Source: an uncultured Candidatus Saccharibacteria bacterium
GTDB taxonomy: Bacteria; Patescibacteriota; Doudnabacteria; UBA920
Direction: 5' to 3'
Length of the DNA: 64,000 bases
NCBI GenBank assembly: GCA_964416765.1
Contig: CAYQEU010000002.1
Span: 78,877 to 142,876, forward strand
Below the pieces are notes generated by a model, which was not told where the DNA came from, made no database searches, and saw only the letters and a program-made list of their open reading frames with translations. Numbering within the stretch: position 1 is the first letter of the stretch; the number at the start of each line of letters is the position of its first letter. Position numbers and translations under genes: made by a program. This document shows, piece by piece, positions 47,396 to 57,179 of this stretch.

Positions 47396-48525
47396 GCATG
47401 TAGGTCAACGTAAGGCAAAGCATTGCACTCAATTACTCCGCATGGAAGCTGTTCCTGCCACGGCAGAGTAATATCGCGAATAATAAAATCAATTCCCACC
47501 AACGGATCGTTGACAACGGATCCGATTTTTTTAAATAGTTTCATGTTTTCCGGGTGGACCTCATCGGTGACGTCAACGTTTACGGCGCCGTTGCCCCGGC
47601 TGACTTTTGGATTCAACACAGCAATGGTCCCAACGGGCAGAACGGCTCCCCAGTCCAATCCCTGCCCCGCCAAATAATTGGTGGCGTTATCGTCAGTGGG
47701 CAGTTCATGGAAAATTGGGCCGTGGCGAGTTGGGTTTTTATTTTCCTCTTCCGCCAATTCTCTTATTGTCCGATTGCCATCGCCGGTCACGTAAGCAGGT
47801 TCGCGTCTCATGACCGCGACTACTTCATCTCCTACCCACAGAACGCGATGCACGAACCCCGGCAATTCTTCCTGCACCATGACCCATTGGGAAATCTCCT
47901 GGGCAACGTGAAAAGCGCGGGCCATTTGCTCCTCGTTGGTAATCCCCACGGTAGTATGGCGACTGCGGGAACCATAAGTTGGCTTTACAATGGCCGCTGA
48001 GCGCAATTGCCTGAAAGCCGCCAAAGATTGTTCTTCTGTACTGCATTCAAAACTCCGTGGAACGGGAATTCCCGCTTGGTTAAGCTCTTTTTGCATCATA
48101 GCCTTGTTGTCCATCCAGAACATAGCGTTCGAAGGCGCGCCTTTGGGACGGGGGAGGCTCATGTATACCCGGCGGCTACCCTGATATTCCGCTATGGATA
48201 TTTCCGTCTTTTGTCCAAGCAAACTAACACGAGTAACTTTTATTCCCTTGCGCCGGGCCGCTTCCCACAATACCAATGTCCGGGAATTATCATCAGGCAG
48301 CAGTTCATCATGGAAAGTAACCAACCTGACCAAACGAGCCCCATGCAAAGCAGCGAGCCCAATTCCATTCCAGGGCAGCGCGGAAAGGATAGGCTGTACC
48401 CCTCGCCGGAAATACTCGAGCGGACGGGAGTAACGGTGGGACCAGTGTTCAAACCAGTTTGACCACCATTCGGAGCGATGGTCAACGGGAGCGGAACCGC
48501 ATTCTATGCAAACTATTTCATTCAT
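47314..48525 (-). CDS. ATP-grasp domain ligase (RimK / cyanophycin-synthetase-like)
   Basis: 403 aa with IVKPTYGSRSRHTTV, ECNALPYVDLH (resembling the EVN…PG ATP-grasp motif) and an N-terminal extension of unknown function. Confidence 0.65.
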   Translation of the reverse strand: MNEIVCIECGSAPVDHRSEWWSNWFEHWSHRYSRPLEYFRRGVQPILSALPWNGIGLAALHGARLVRLVTFHDELLPDDNSRTLVLWEAARRKGIKVTRVSLLGQKTEISIAEYQGSRRVYMSLPRPKGAPSNAMFWMDNKAMMQKELNQAGIPVPRSFECSTEEQSLAAFRQLRSAAIVKPTYGSRSRHTTVGITNEEQMARAFHVAQEISQWVMVQEELPGFVHRVLWVGDEVVAVMRREPAYVTGDGNRTIRELAEEENKNPTRHGPIFHELPTDDNATNYLAGQGLDWGAVLPVGTIAVLNPKVSRGNGAVNVDVTDEVHPENMKLFKKIGSVVNDPLVGIDFIIRDITLPWQEQLPCGVIECNALPYVDLHAYPFSGPVRDAASALWDIVFSNIKSSE

Positions 48526-48592
48526 GTCCTTAATTCTACAGGTTTTTCCCCGGCTTGCCGAGCCTAGCGCAATCTCTTATCATGTATATACC

Positions 48593-49258
48593 ATGCTTTA
48601 CGTTATCGCCACTCCACTAGGCAACCTTGATGATATTACTTTTCGCGCGGTCAATACCCTTCGCGACGTCGGATTTATAATCGCGGAGAATCCTAGTCAC
48701 AGCCAAAAACTTTTATCACACTTCGGCATCAGCGGCAAAAAGGTTTCCCAGTTCGCCGACCATAACGAAACCAGGGTGCTGCCAAATTTGATCACAAAGC
48801 TAAAAACTGAAGACGGCTGCCTTATTACTGATGCGGGAACCCCTGCGATTTCTGATCCCGGTTTCCGTCTCGTAAGGGCATGTTGGGAAAATGGAATTAC
48901 TGTCACTCCCATACCCGGACCGAATGCCGCTATCGCGTTGCTGTCGGCCGGCGGCCTGCCAACTGACAAGTTTATTTTTGTCGGCTTCCTTCCCAAGACT
49001 GAACCAAAATTGCGGCAGGCAGTTGAAGAAGCCAAGGCCGCACACGCCACGCTGGCTGCTTATGAATCCCCTCAGCGCATCAACAAAACTTTACAGCTGC
49101 TGGAAAAGATTGCTCCCGAGGCTAACATAGCTGTTGGCAGGGAACTTACTAAGATGCATGAAGAAATTTTTCGGGGAACGATTAAGGAAGCAGCGGAAAA
49201 TTTCCGCCAGCGCTCCAGCGTAAAGGGCGAAATATCAATAATCATATCTTTTAAATAA
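48593..49258 (+). CDS. rsmI: 16S rRNA (cytidine1402-2'-O)-methyltransferase RsmI
   Basis: 221 aa from MLYVIATPLGNLDDIT onward. The tetrapyrrole-methylase fold matches RsmI. Confidence 0.85.
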   Translation: MLYVIATPLGNLDDITFRAVNTLRDVGFIIAENPSHSQKLLSHFGISGKKVSQFADHNETRVLPNLITKLKTEDGCLITDAGTPAISDPGFRLVRACWENGITVTPIPGPNAAIALLSAGGLPTDKFIFVGFLPKTEPKLRQAVEEAKAAHATLAAYESPQRINKTLQLLEKIAPEANIAVGRELTKMHEEIFRGTIKEAAENFRQRSSVKGEISIIISFK

Positions 49259-49977
49259 TGTCAGGACATTCTAAATGGGCAACCACTAAACGCGCCAAAG
49301 GAGCGGCCGACGCCAAGCGAGGCCTGCTGTTTTCCAAACTAAGCAAGCGTATTTCCATAGCGGTTCGCGAAGGCGGCGGAGGGGATATTGAAACTAACTT
49401 CAAACTCCGGCTTGCGGTTGAAAAGGCCCGCGAGGCCAGTATGCCCAATGATAATATAGACAGGGCCATTAAAAAGGGGCTCGGCGAAGGGGGCGGGCAG
49501 GCTATTGAAGAAGTGGTTTACGAAGGTTATGGCCCATTTGGCACTGCTTTTATCATCGAAGCGGCCACGGACAACAAAAACCGGACTGTGAGCAGTATTA
49601 AACATTTGCTATCCAAACATGGTGGCAATTTGGGCGCCGCTGGAAGTGTTTCCTGGCAATTCACCACGAAAGGGCAGATTCTGGTGGAACGGACAGAGAA
49701 CTTGGATGAACTGGAGCTGGCCGCAATTGACGCGGGAGCCGAAGACGTAGTTGAGTCGGAAGAAGGGCTGGCGGTATACACCAAACCCGACCAACTCGAC
49801 GCGGTAAAAAAGTCACTGGCCACGGCGGGAGCCACCATTGTGGAAGCGGAAGTGATCCAGGAAAGCACCCAACCAATGGAACTTTCCGATGAAGAAAAAA
49901 TAAAGGTAGAAACGCTTTACTCGGATTTGGAATCTGATGAAGACGTAATTGGCGTGCACACTAACGCGACACTCTAA
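49258..49977 (+). CDS. yebC: YebC/PmpR family DNA-binding regulator
   Basis: 239 aa. MSGHSKWATTKRAKGAADAKRG is the YebC signature. Confidence 0.93.
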   Translation: MSGHSKWATTKRAKGAADAKRGLLFSKLSKRISIAVREGGGGDIETNFKLRLAVEKAREASMPNDNIDRAIKKGLGEGGGQAIEEVVYEGYGPFGTAFIIEAATDNKNRTVSSIKHLLSKHGGNLGAAGSVSWQFTTKGQILVERTENLDELELAAIDAGAEDVVESEEGLAVYTKPDQLDAVKKSLATAGATIVEAEVIQESTQPMELSDEEKIKVETLYSDLESDEDVIGVHTNATL

Positions 49978-50468
49978 TGATTATATTAGGAATCGACCCC
50001 GGTACCGCCACGACCGGTTTTGGGTTCATAAAAAAGACTAAAGTTGGGAACAAGCAGAGCGGCTTTGAAGTTATGGACTATGGCATTGTCAGCACCCCCA
50101 AAACGGACACCGAAGCAATGCGGTTGGCGACAATTGCTGACGATTTGAAATCGTTGATAAAAAAATACAAGCCTGAACGGGTCGGTATTGAAAAGCTCTA
50201 CTTCCAAAATAACCAGAAGACCGCCATGGAAGTTTCGCAAGCACGCGGTGTGGTCTTATTGGTGTGCCAACAAGCGGGGTTAAAAATTTTTGAGTTTACC
50301 CCCTTACAAGTTAAGAACTATATCTGCGGCAACGGTCGGGCTGATAAACGCCAAATCCAATTCATGGTTAAAAAAACTTTTGGGCTCGAGCAAATTCCCA
50401 AACCCGACGACGCGGCGGACGCGCTGGCCATATCACTCTGTGCGGCTCTGGCCCCAGATAATTCTTGA
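49977..50468 (+). CDS. ruvC: crossover junction endodeoxyribonuclease RuvC
   Basis: 163 aa. IILGIDPGTATTGFG matches the RuvC N-terminus. Confidence 0.9.
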   Translation: MIILGIDPGTATTGFGFIKKTKVGNKQSGFEVMDYGIVSTPKTDTEAMRLATIADDLKSLIKKYKPERVGIEKLYFQNNQKTAMEVSQARGVVLLVCQQAGLKIFEFTPLQVKNYICGNGRADKRQIQFMVKKTFGLEQIPKPDDAADALAISLCAALAPDNS

Positions 50469-50593
50469 CAGCTGACCCGGATAGTGTTAAAATTCTATTA
50501 CAGTTCAGCCAAGTCGCAGAACTGTATTGTTTTACTACTAATTATTCCTTCTGGCTAAATTCATTTAGACGGAGAGAATAGGGAGAACAGAAA

Positions 50594-50740
50594 ATGTTCT
50601 TACAAGACGAAGGCACTCAGATGCCTGCCGACGACACTATGCAAGCTGCTGGTGGCGACGACATGAACACTGGCAACGACCAGGCTGCTGAAGGCGGCAT
50701 GGAAAACGCTGGTGGCGAACAGGGCGGCGACCAACAGTAA
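50594..50740 (+). CDS. small acidic peptide (48 aa), hypothetical
   Basis: MFLQDEGTQMPADDTMQAAGGDDMNTGNDQAAEGGMENAGGEQGGDQQ. A GGAGAG/GGGAGA Shine-Dalgarno lies 8-15 nt upstream, and two terminators (50748-50778 and 50794-50820) follow. Confidence 0.35.
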   Translation: MFLQDEGTQMPADDTMQAAGGDDMNTGNDQAAEGGMENAGGEQGGDQQ

Positions 50741-50747
50741 TCGCCCT

Positions 50748-50778
50748 AAAGACCCTCTCCGGAGGGTCTTTTATTTTA
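50748..50778 (+). terminator. rho-independent terminator
   Basis: The hairpin agaccctctcc-ggagggtct is followed by tttatttt. Confidence 0.75.
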
Positions 50779-50793
50779 AGAAACCCTATATCA

Positions 50794-50820
50794 AAAATCC
50801 CCTTATTTCGGGGGATTTTT
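50794..50820. terminator. bidirectional terminator that also serves tyrS
   Basis: The sequence aaaaatcccc-ttatttcg-ggggattttt. Confidence 0.65.
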
Positions 50821-51992
50821 TACTTTACAATATTTACCAATTTTCGTTTTCCTACCTGGATGAGCGTGGGAATTTTTCGCGGTTCTATTATTACGTCCGC
50901 GGAAACTTGCTGGTCAACTTTCACTCCATTTTGTGAAATCAACCGGCGCGCCTCGCTCTTGCTTATTGCCATACCCAGATCAACGAGTAAGGTAGAAAGC
51001 TGTGTGGCCCCTTTGATCTTCTTTGTAGGAATGTCGCTGGGCAGTTCCTTTTTGGAGAAACGGGCAATAAAATCATCTTGGGCTTTCTTGGCTTGAGACT
51101 TCCCATGGTACAGCTCGGTGATGGTGAAAGCCAGATGAAGTTTGCGGTCGCGCGGGTGCGAAACGGTTTTCATCAACTGCTTGATTTCTTTTTCCGGCAC
51201 CGGAGTGGCGAGCAAAAAATATTTTTCCACGAGCGTGTCATCAAGCGACATGGTTTTGCCAAACATGTCTTCCGGGGAATCCGTGAGATTTATGGTGTTG
51301 CCCCATGAGGAAGACATCTTGCGCCCGTCCAGACCTTCGAGCAGCGGGGTAGTGAGTATAGCCTGCGGTTTCTGTCCGTACGCCGGCTGGAGAGTGCGGC
51401 CGGCAAGCAGATTAAACCTCTGGTCGGTACCGCCCAGTTCCACATCGGCTTTGATGGCAATGCTGTCATAACCCTGCATGAGAGGGTAGAGCACTTCACG
51501 GAGCCCGATGCGCTTCCCGCCATCAAGACGGCGTTTAATATTTTCCCTGGCGATGAACTCGTGCAAACTAAACTGGTCAGCCATCCGCCCTATTTCCAAA
51601 AAGCCAAGTTTCTTCAGCCATTTGGAATTATAGTGGGTTTCAGTTTTTTTTGGATCGAGAATCTTGAACGCCTGCTTAAAGTAAGTCGCGGAATTCTTTT
51701 TGACTTCAGCGGGGGAGAGCATGGGCCGTTCCGCGTCTTTGTCGGAAGTGTCGCCAATCAAACCGGTAAAGTCCCCAACAATCAGTACCACGGTATGCCC
51801 CAAATCCTGAAAGGCCCGTAATTTCCACAAAACCACGCTCCGCCCAATGTGGAGCGAGGGTGAGGTGGGGTCAATTCCCAATTTTACCCGCAACTTTTTC
51901 TTTCCATTTAGCATTTCCCTCAAGTTGGCCTCGGGAATAATCTCTTCCACCCCGCGGGTAAGCAGGGAGTTAATCTGTTCGTTTTTATTCAT
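50820..51992 (-). CDS. tyrS: tyrosine--tRNA ligase
   Basis: 390 aa with the HIGH motif (SLHIGR), a KMSKS variant (KMSSSWGN) and a C-terminal S4 domain. Confidence 0.92.
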   Translation of the reverse strand: MNKNEQINSLLTRGVEEIIPEANLREMLNGKKKLRVKLGIDPTSPSLHIGRSVVLWKLRAFQDLGHTVVLIVGDFTGLIGDTSDKDAERPMLSPAEVKKNSATYFKQAFKILDPKKTETHYNSKWLKKLGFLEIGRMADQFSLHEFIARENIKRRLDGGKRIGLREVLYPLMQGYDSIAIKADVELGGTDQRFNLLAGRTLQPAYGQKPQAILTTPLLEGLDGRKMSSSWGNTINLTDSPEDMFGKTMSLDDTLVEKYFLLATPVPEKEIKQLMKTVSHPRDRKLHLAFTITELYHGKSQAKKAQDDFIARFSKKELPSDIPTKKIKGATQLSTLLVDLGMAISKSEARRLISQNGVKVDQQVSADVIIEPRKIPTLIQVGKRKLVNIVK

Positions 51993-52072
51993 AAATATAG
52001 TATAGCAAAGCGGCTACTCTCCTGGAACTATTTTCTATCCTGTCTCGTTATATTAGAGTATACTACTTATAT

Positions 52073-54940
52073 ATGCGTATCTATTCTTACCAAAACCAAG
52101 GGCAGAAATCTGACCTGCCCTCACACACGCCGAAAGGCAAAAAGAGATTTTCCCTCAAAAATATTAAGAGTACCTGGAAGAATGCCAGCTGGAAACAGAT
52201 AGGCACGTGGGCTTTCCGCGCCGCGGCGGCCGGCTTTTTGTTATTAGCACTCCTGTTTATTTATGTTAGTTTCAGCCTGCCTAACCCAAACCGCCTGCTC
52301 GGCCGTGATGTCCCGCAATCGACTAAGATTTTTGACCGCAATAATAACTTGCTCTACGAAGTGCACGGCGAATTCAAGAGAACGCTGGTAAACCTGGATC
52401 AGGTTTCGCCCTACGTGCAGAAGGCTACGATAGCCACGGAAGACAAGGACTTCTATAACCACCGTGGCATTTCTATTACTGGTATTTTGCGTTCTATTAT
52501 CGTGGACATTTTCGCCGGAAAGAAAAAGGAAGGTGGCAGCACCATTACCCAACAGTTCGTTAAGAACGCGGTTTTAACCAATGAAAAATCTCTCTGGCGC
52601 AAAGTCAAAGAAATAATTTTGTCTCTGGAAATAGAAAGCCGTTTTTCCAAGGATGACATCCTTAAGCTTTACCTGAATGAAATCCCTTACGGCCGTAACG
52701 CGTACGGGGTCGAAGCCGCCTCGCAAACTTACTTTGGCAAATCGGCCAAAGACTTAACCATTGCCGAGAGCGCCTACCTGGCCGCCCTGCCACAAGCCCC
52801 GAGCTATTACAACCCAACCGGTGTCCACCGTGATGCTTTGGAAGCCCGCAAGAACTACGTGCTGTCCCAAATGAAAGACCAGGGTTACATAACCGGCGAC
52901 CAGTATGACGAGGCCACAAAGGAACAGGTGGAATTTAAGGCGGCGACGAACAGCATCAATGCCCCTTACTTTGTTTTCTACATTGAAGACTATTTAGCCG
53001 ACAAGTATGGCGAACAAACCCTGCAAGAAGGCGGCTTAAAAGTCTACACCACTCTAGATGCGGACCTGCAGCAAAAAGCTGAGCAGGCAGTCAAAGACGG
53101 CGCGGCAAAGATTAAAGCCCGCGGCGCTAACAACGCGGCTTTGGTTGCTGTTGACCCGAAAACGGGGCAAATCTTGGCCATGGTTGGAGGGAAAGACTAC
53201 TTCGGCGAACCGGAACCAAAGGGCTGTACTCCTGGAAAGAACTGTGTGTTTGAACCTAACGTTAACGTGGCGACCTCACCTCGGCAACCTGGATCATCCT
53301 TTAAACCATATGTTTACCTGACCGCCTTTGGCCGTGACTACAAGTACAGCCCGGCATCCATGCTTATGGATGTGGTAACTAACTTTGGGACTTTCGGCGG
53401 CAAGTCTTACCAGCCGCAAAACTACAATGGCCATAGCTATGGGCCAGTTTCCATGCGCCAGGCGCTCGCCGGTAGTTTGAATGTTCCTGCCGTAAAAACC
53501 CTAGACTTAGTCGGCGTTGATAAAGCGGTGGAAACCGCCCACAACCTCGGCATTACCTCGTCGCTCCAGAACTGCGGACTCTCCCTGGTATTGGGAGGGT
53601 GCGAAGTCAAATTGCTTGACCACGTTACTGCTTACGCGGCCATCGCCAACGAAGGCAACCGCAACAAGTCTACCGGTATCCTTAAAGTTGTCGACCAAGG
53701 CGGAAAAACCCTGGAGGAATACAAACAGCAAAGCCAGCAGGTCGTAGACCCTCAGGCTGCTTATGAACTGATTAGCATCATGACTGACAACCAGGCCCGT
53801 TCCTACATTTTCGGATCCAACGCCCCCCTCACTCTTCCTGACCGGCCATTGGCTTGCAAAACTGGTACCACGCAAAACTGGCACGATGGCTGGACCATGT
53901 GCTTTACCCCGAGCCTCGCGGCTGGGGTATGGGCCGGAAACAATGACGGCACCCTGCTCAAAGCCGGCTCCGACGGTGTCCTGGTCGCCGCTCCTATCTT
54001 AAACGCTTTCCTCAAAGCGGCCACTAAGGGCAGTCCGGTAGAAGAATTTAAGGTTCCGCCTGGAATCACCAAGGTTACCGTGGACTCTGTATCCGGTAAA
54101 CTACCAACGGACGCTTCACCTTCCACCAAGAGTGAAACTTTCGCGGATTACTCCGTGCCAACTGAACGCGACCCGGTTCACGTTGCCGTAAAGATTGACA
54201 CTACCACCGGACAAAAAGCCAATGACTTAACCCCTCCGGAAAATATTGAAACCAAAATTTACAGCGTGTTCCATAGCGAGCGCCCCGACAATCCAAACTG
54301 GGAAAACCCGGTACGGGCGTGGGCCCTAGCCAACGGGTATGACTACCCACCAGGGGATGGGGGCGGTACGGTTAATGACGCTGACCGTCCGCAAGTCAGC
54401 ATAACTTCCCCAACCGACGGCGCCGCGATTTCCGGCAGTCCATTCCAGATAACTGTTTCGGCCAATTCAGCGAAAGGAATCGCCAAGGTTCAAATCTCAG
54501 TGGACGGCGATGTTGTTGGAACGCCAACATCCTCACCATACACCGTAACCGTGACCCAGAAGTATAATCAAGGTGTTCACGTCATTACGGCACGGGCAAC
54601 GGACAAGGACGGCATTAGCAATGACACTAGCAGTTCCTTCACTATTGGTAGTGAAGCCAATACCCTATCCATAACTGATCCCCAGAATAACGAAAACGTG
54701 ACCTTCCCGCTCAGTCTCAGCGCCGCAAGCGACACGTTGTACAAAGGAGTAACCTTTTACTACCAACTCGGGGGAGGAGCGGCAAAACCAATTGGCGTAG
54801 CCGCGGTGGACAACGCGTTTAGCGCGCCCTACGATTACAATCTGACATGGAACAGTAAACCCGCAGCGGGAAATTACAAGATTTACGCCAAGAGTGACAC
54901 CGGGGTAACGAGCCCAAAAATCAACATCGTAATTCCCTAA
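52073..54940 (+). CDS. penicillin-binding protein 1A (bifunctional glycosyltransferase/transpeptidase) with C-terminal Ig-like repeats
   Basis: 955 aa with GT51 motifs (EDKDFYNHRGIS, GGSTITQQ), TPase motifs SSFKP and KTGTT, and repeated beta-rich C-terminal domains. Confidence 0.9.
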   Translation: MRIYSYQNQGQKSDLPSHTPKGKKRFSLKNIKSTWKNASWKQIGTWAFRAAAAGFLLLALLFIYVSFSLPNPNRLLGRDVPQSTKIFDRNNNLLYEVHGEFKRTLVNLDQVSPYVQKATIATEDKDFYNHRGISITGILRSIIVDIFAGKKKEGGSTITQQFVKNAVLTNEKSLWRKVKEIILSLEIESRFSKDDILKLYLNEIPYGRNAYGVEAASQTYFGKSAKDLTIAESAYLAALPQAPSYYNPTGVHRDALEARKNYVLSQMKDQGYITGDQYDEATKEQVEFKAATNSINAPYFVFYIEDYLADKYGEQTLQEGGLKVYTTLDADLQQKAEQAVKDGAAKIKARGANNAALVAVDPKTGQILAMVGGKDYFGEPEPKGCTPGKNCVFEPNVNVATSPRQPGSSFKPYVYLTAFGRDYKYSPASMLMDVVTNFGTFGGKSYQPQNYNGHSYGPVSMRQALAGSLNVPAVKTLDLVGVDKAVETAHNLGITSSLQNCGLSLVLGGCEVKLLDHVTAYAAIANEGNRNKSTGILKVVDQGGKTLEEYKQQSQQVVDPQAAYELISIMTDNQARSYIFGSNAPLTLPDRPLACKTGTTQNWHDGWTMCFTPSLAAGVWAGNNDGTLLKAGSDGVLVAAPILNAFLKAATKGSPVEEFKVPPGITKVTVDSVSGKLPTDASPSTKSETFADYSVPTERDPVHVAVKIDTTTGQKANDLTPPENIETKIYSVFHSERPDNPNWENPVRAWALANGYDYPPGDGGGTVNDADRPQVSITSPTDGAAISGSPFQITVSANSAKGIAKVQISVDGDVVGTPTSSPYTVTVTQKYNQGVHVITARATDKDGISNDTSSSFTIGSEANTLSITDPQNNENVTFPLSLSAASDTLYKGVTFYYQLGGGAAKPIGVAAVDNAFSAPYDYNLTWNSKPAAGNYKIYAKSDTGVTSPKINIVIP

Positions 54941-54972
54941 CCAATTACAAAATAACCGCTCCAGGTGAGCGG

Positions 54973-55440
54973 TTATTTTTTTAAACTGATAATTATTCTT
55001 CGGTACGGGTCACGGCCTTCACTGCCGCTTATCACATCCGGGTAAGTTTCCTGAATAAAGGAATGGACCAATCGGCGTTCGTAATTGGGCATCGGCTCCA
55101 TTTGGACCGGTTTGCCTAGACGCTTCAGTTGGGCCACGGCTTCCCTGGCCATTTCCTTCAGATGCCATTCGCGCTTACGGCGGTAATCATCAACATCCAA
55201 GGTAAACCGGAACGGCTCGCCGGGCATAGTTCTTGATACTAAAGTATGGCAAAGGATTTCCAGCGCGTGCAGAGTTGCCCCCTGGTGACCAATAAGCAAA
55301 CGGGACTCGCGGGTAGAGATGTTGAAAACCAGCCCCTTAACGATGCTGTCTTCATACTCAACCCTGGCGTTGATTCCCATGCGGGACAACAAGTCGGTTA
55401 TGAGTTCCTTTACTTGTTCGGCTTTATCGTAATCGGTCAT
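54973..55440 (-). CDS. jag: Jag/KhpB-like RNA-binding protein (KH plus R3H)
   Basis: 155 aa. It follows yidC, and the R3H motif region (HSFIQETYPDVISGSEG) is present. Confidence 0.8.
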   Translation of the reverse strand: MTDYDKAEQVKELITDLLSRMGINARVEYEDSIVKGLVFNISTRESRLLIGHQGATLHALEILCHTLVSRTMPGEPFRFTLDVDDYRRKREWHLKEMAREAVAQLKRLGKPVQMEPMPNYERRLVHSFIQETYPDVISGSEGRDPYRRIIISLKK

Positions 55441-56159
55441 TAGTTTATAACTTGAACCTTTTCCGCGTCATGAATGCGGTTAATGTAATACTGCTGGCCA
55501 ATGGCAAACAGGGTAGTGATGATCCAGTAGAGTGGAAGACCAGCCGGGAGTTTTAATGCGATTATAAAGGAAATCGCCGGCAAGACATAGGTAGTCTGCA
55601 CGCTCATGGCTTTCATGGTGGCGTCGGTCGAAGGCTGGGAAGGCATCATCATGCGGGACTGCCAGAATTGGGTAATACCGGCAAGCAGGGCGAAAATCCA
55701 GTTGGGCTGGGACAAATCAATGAAGTGCAAAAACTTTGGGTTCAACACGCCCGGGTTTTGCACGAAGTGATATAACCCTTCCAAATTGCCGCGCAAAGCT
55801 TTTACAAACACTTGGTAAAGGGCGATCAGGATCGGCAACTGTACCAACAACGGCAAGCAGGAACTTAACGGATTAATCTTGTGTTCACGGTAAAGTTCCA
55901 TCATCGCGCGGGTTTCCGCTTCTTTGTCACCTTTATGCTTCTCACGCAGGTCATTTAGTTTTGGCTGGAGCGCGTTCATGGCCTTTTGTCCCTTCAGGGA
56001 CTTGTGGAATAATGGGGCCAACAGCAACCGAATGATGATAGTGACTAAAATGATAACCAAACCGACATCATGGCCGGGGATATGGTTGTACAGCGCGACA
56101 AGAAGGTTAAGTATCGGACGATATATTCCTTCGTGGTAGATGGAAAATAAAAAGTTCAT
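55440..56159 (-). CDS. yidC: membrane protein insertase YidC (short form)
   Basis: 239 aa with five TM helices and a YidC/Oxa1 core. Confidence 0.9.
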   Translation of the reverse strand: MNFLFSIYHEGIYRPILNLLVALYNHIPGHDVGLVIILVTIIIRLLLAPLFHKSLKGQKAMNALQPKLNDLREKHKGDKEAETRAMMELYREHKINPLSSCLPLLVQLPILIALYQVFVKALRGNLEGLYHFVQNPGVLNPKFLHFIDLSQPNWIFALLAGITQFWQSRMMMPSQPSTDATMKAMSVQTTYVLPAISFIIALKLPAGLPLYWIITTLFAIGQQYYINRIHDAEKVQVIN

Positions 56160-56160
56160 G

Positions 56161-56415
56161 TTAGTGATTTAATTCAATTTGAGGATGGGTAAAGGGGTTG
56201 CAGCGGATAATGCGCCAGACTGTCTGTAGGCTTCCGCGTAGGACCCCATGCTTTGTTATGGCGATCTTTGCGTACTCGCTGCACGAAGGATAAAAGCGGC
56301 AAAAGCCATATGGATAGCGCCCGCGGAGCAGACCATGGTCGGGGGAAAGGGTTTTCTGGTAAACCACAATCATCGCGACGGCAATTTGGCAGGGAATTAA
56401 TCTTAATCGTTTCAT
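56161..56415 (-). CDS. yidD: membrane protein insertion efficiency factor YidD
   Basis: 84 aa. YQKTLSP…CRFYPSCSEYA is the YidD motif. Confidence 0.85.
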   Translation of the reverse strand: MKRLRLIPCQIAVAMIVVYQKTLSPDHGLLRGRYPYGFCRFYPSCSEYAKIAITKHGVLRGSLQTVWRIIRCNPFTHPQIELNH

Positions 56416-56750
56416 TTCAGCAACTTTAATGTGGTTAAGAAATTTAACAGCCCGGAGCGTGCCACCTCTTCTTCTGACTTGGCCGCCTTTGGTCTTACGA
56501 TAATAACATAATCGCCCTTTTTTAGCTTGCCTATATTCAGGCGAATAGTCTCCCTGACCAGGCGCTTCAAACGGTTTCGCTCCACGGCTTTCTTGGACAC
56601 ATAATTAGACACCACTACCGCTACGCGCGGTTCCAATTCGGCTTCCGGGCGAAACTTGACCACAAAATTTGGCGAAAAAAAACTCCGCCCGCGCTCGGAC
56701 GTATTTTTAATATCCTTAGCTTTGTTCAGGCGGTATTTTTTTTGTAGCAT
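56412..56750 (-). CDS. rnpA: ribonuclease P protein component
   Basis: 112 aa. It is basic and carries the RnpA motif (VSKKAVERNRLKRLVRE). Confidence 0.88.
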   Translation of the reverse strand: MLQKKYRLNKAKDIKNTSERGRSFFSPNFVVKFRPEAELEPRVAVVVSNYVSKKAVERNRLKRLVRETIRLNIGKLKKGDYVIIVRPKAAKSEEEVARSGLLNFLTTLKLLK

Positions 56751-56767
56751 CTAAAATCTATTGTTTT

Positions 56768-56902
56768 CTAGACAGCCAGTCTCTTGCGGCCTTTCTGGCG
56801 GCGGCGGGCGATAACGTTCTGGCCCGACTTAGTCTGCATTCTGGCGCGGAAACCGTGCACTTTTTGGCGGCGGCGGGCTTTCGGTTGGTAAGTTCTTTTC
56901 AT
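56768..56902 (-). CDS. rpmH: 50S ribosomal protein L34
   Basis: 44 aa: [44 protein letters not shown]. It is not in the ORF track because it is shorter than 60 aa. Confidence 0.93.
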   Translation of the reverse strand: MKRTYQPKARRRQKVHGFRARMQTKSGQNVIARRRQKGRKRLAV

Positions 56903-57179
56903 CTGAATTAGTTAAATCTTCCAAAATTATAATGAAATAAGGGAAAAACGTCAATAGTCAGAATTGTTTTCCACACCCAATTTGACAAATTTATAGCTAA
57001 AAATAGGGTCTTTAAAGGGATATTTTTTTATACACACATATTGTCCACACCATATCAACACTACTGACCTTATACCGCTTATATAAGCCAAAAAGGGGTG
57101 GTGTTTACATGTTGATAACTGGTTGGTATGATGAACAGACCACCTACTTTTACACAAATAAACACACTACTTCATAGAA
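56903..57179. other. oriC-associated spacer (rpmH-dnaA) with a cluster of DnaA boxes
   Basis: DnaA-box matches to TTATNCACA: ttttccaca (56967-75), ttatacaca (57028-36), ttgtccaca (57041-49), an inverted tgttgataa (57110-18) and ttttacaca (57148-56). Confidence 0.7.
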
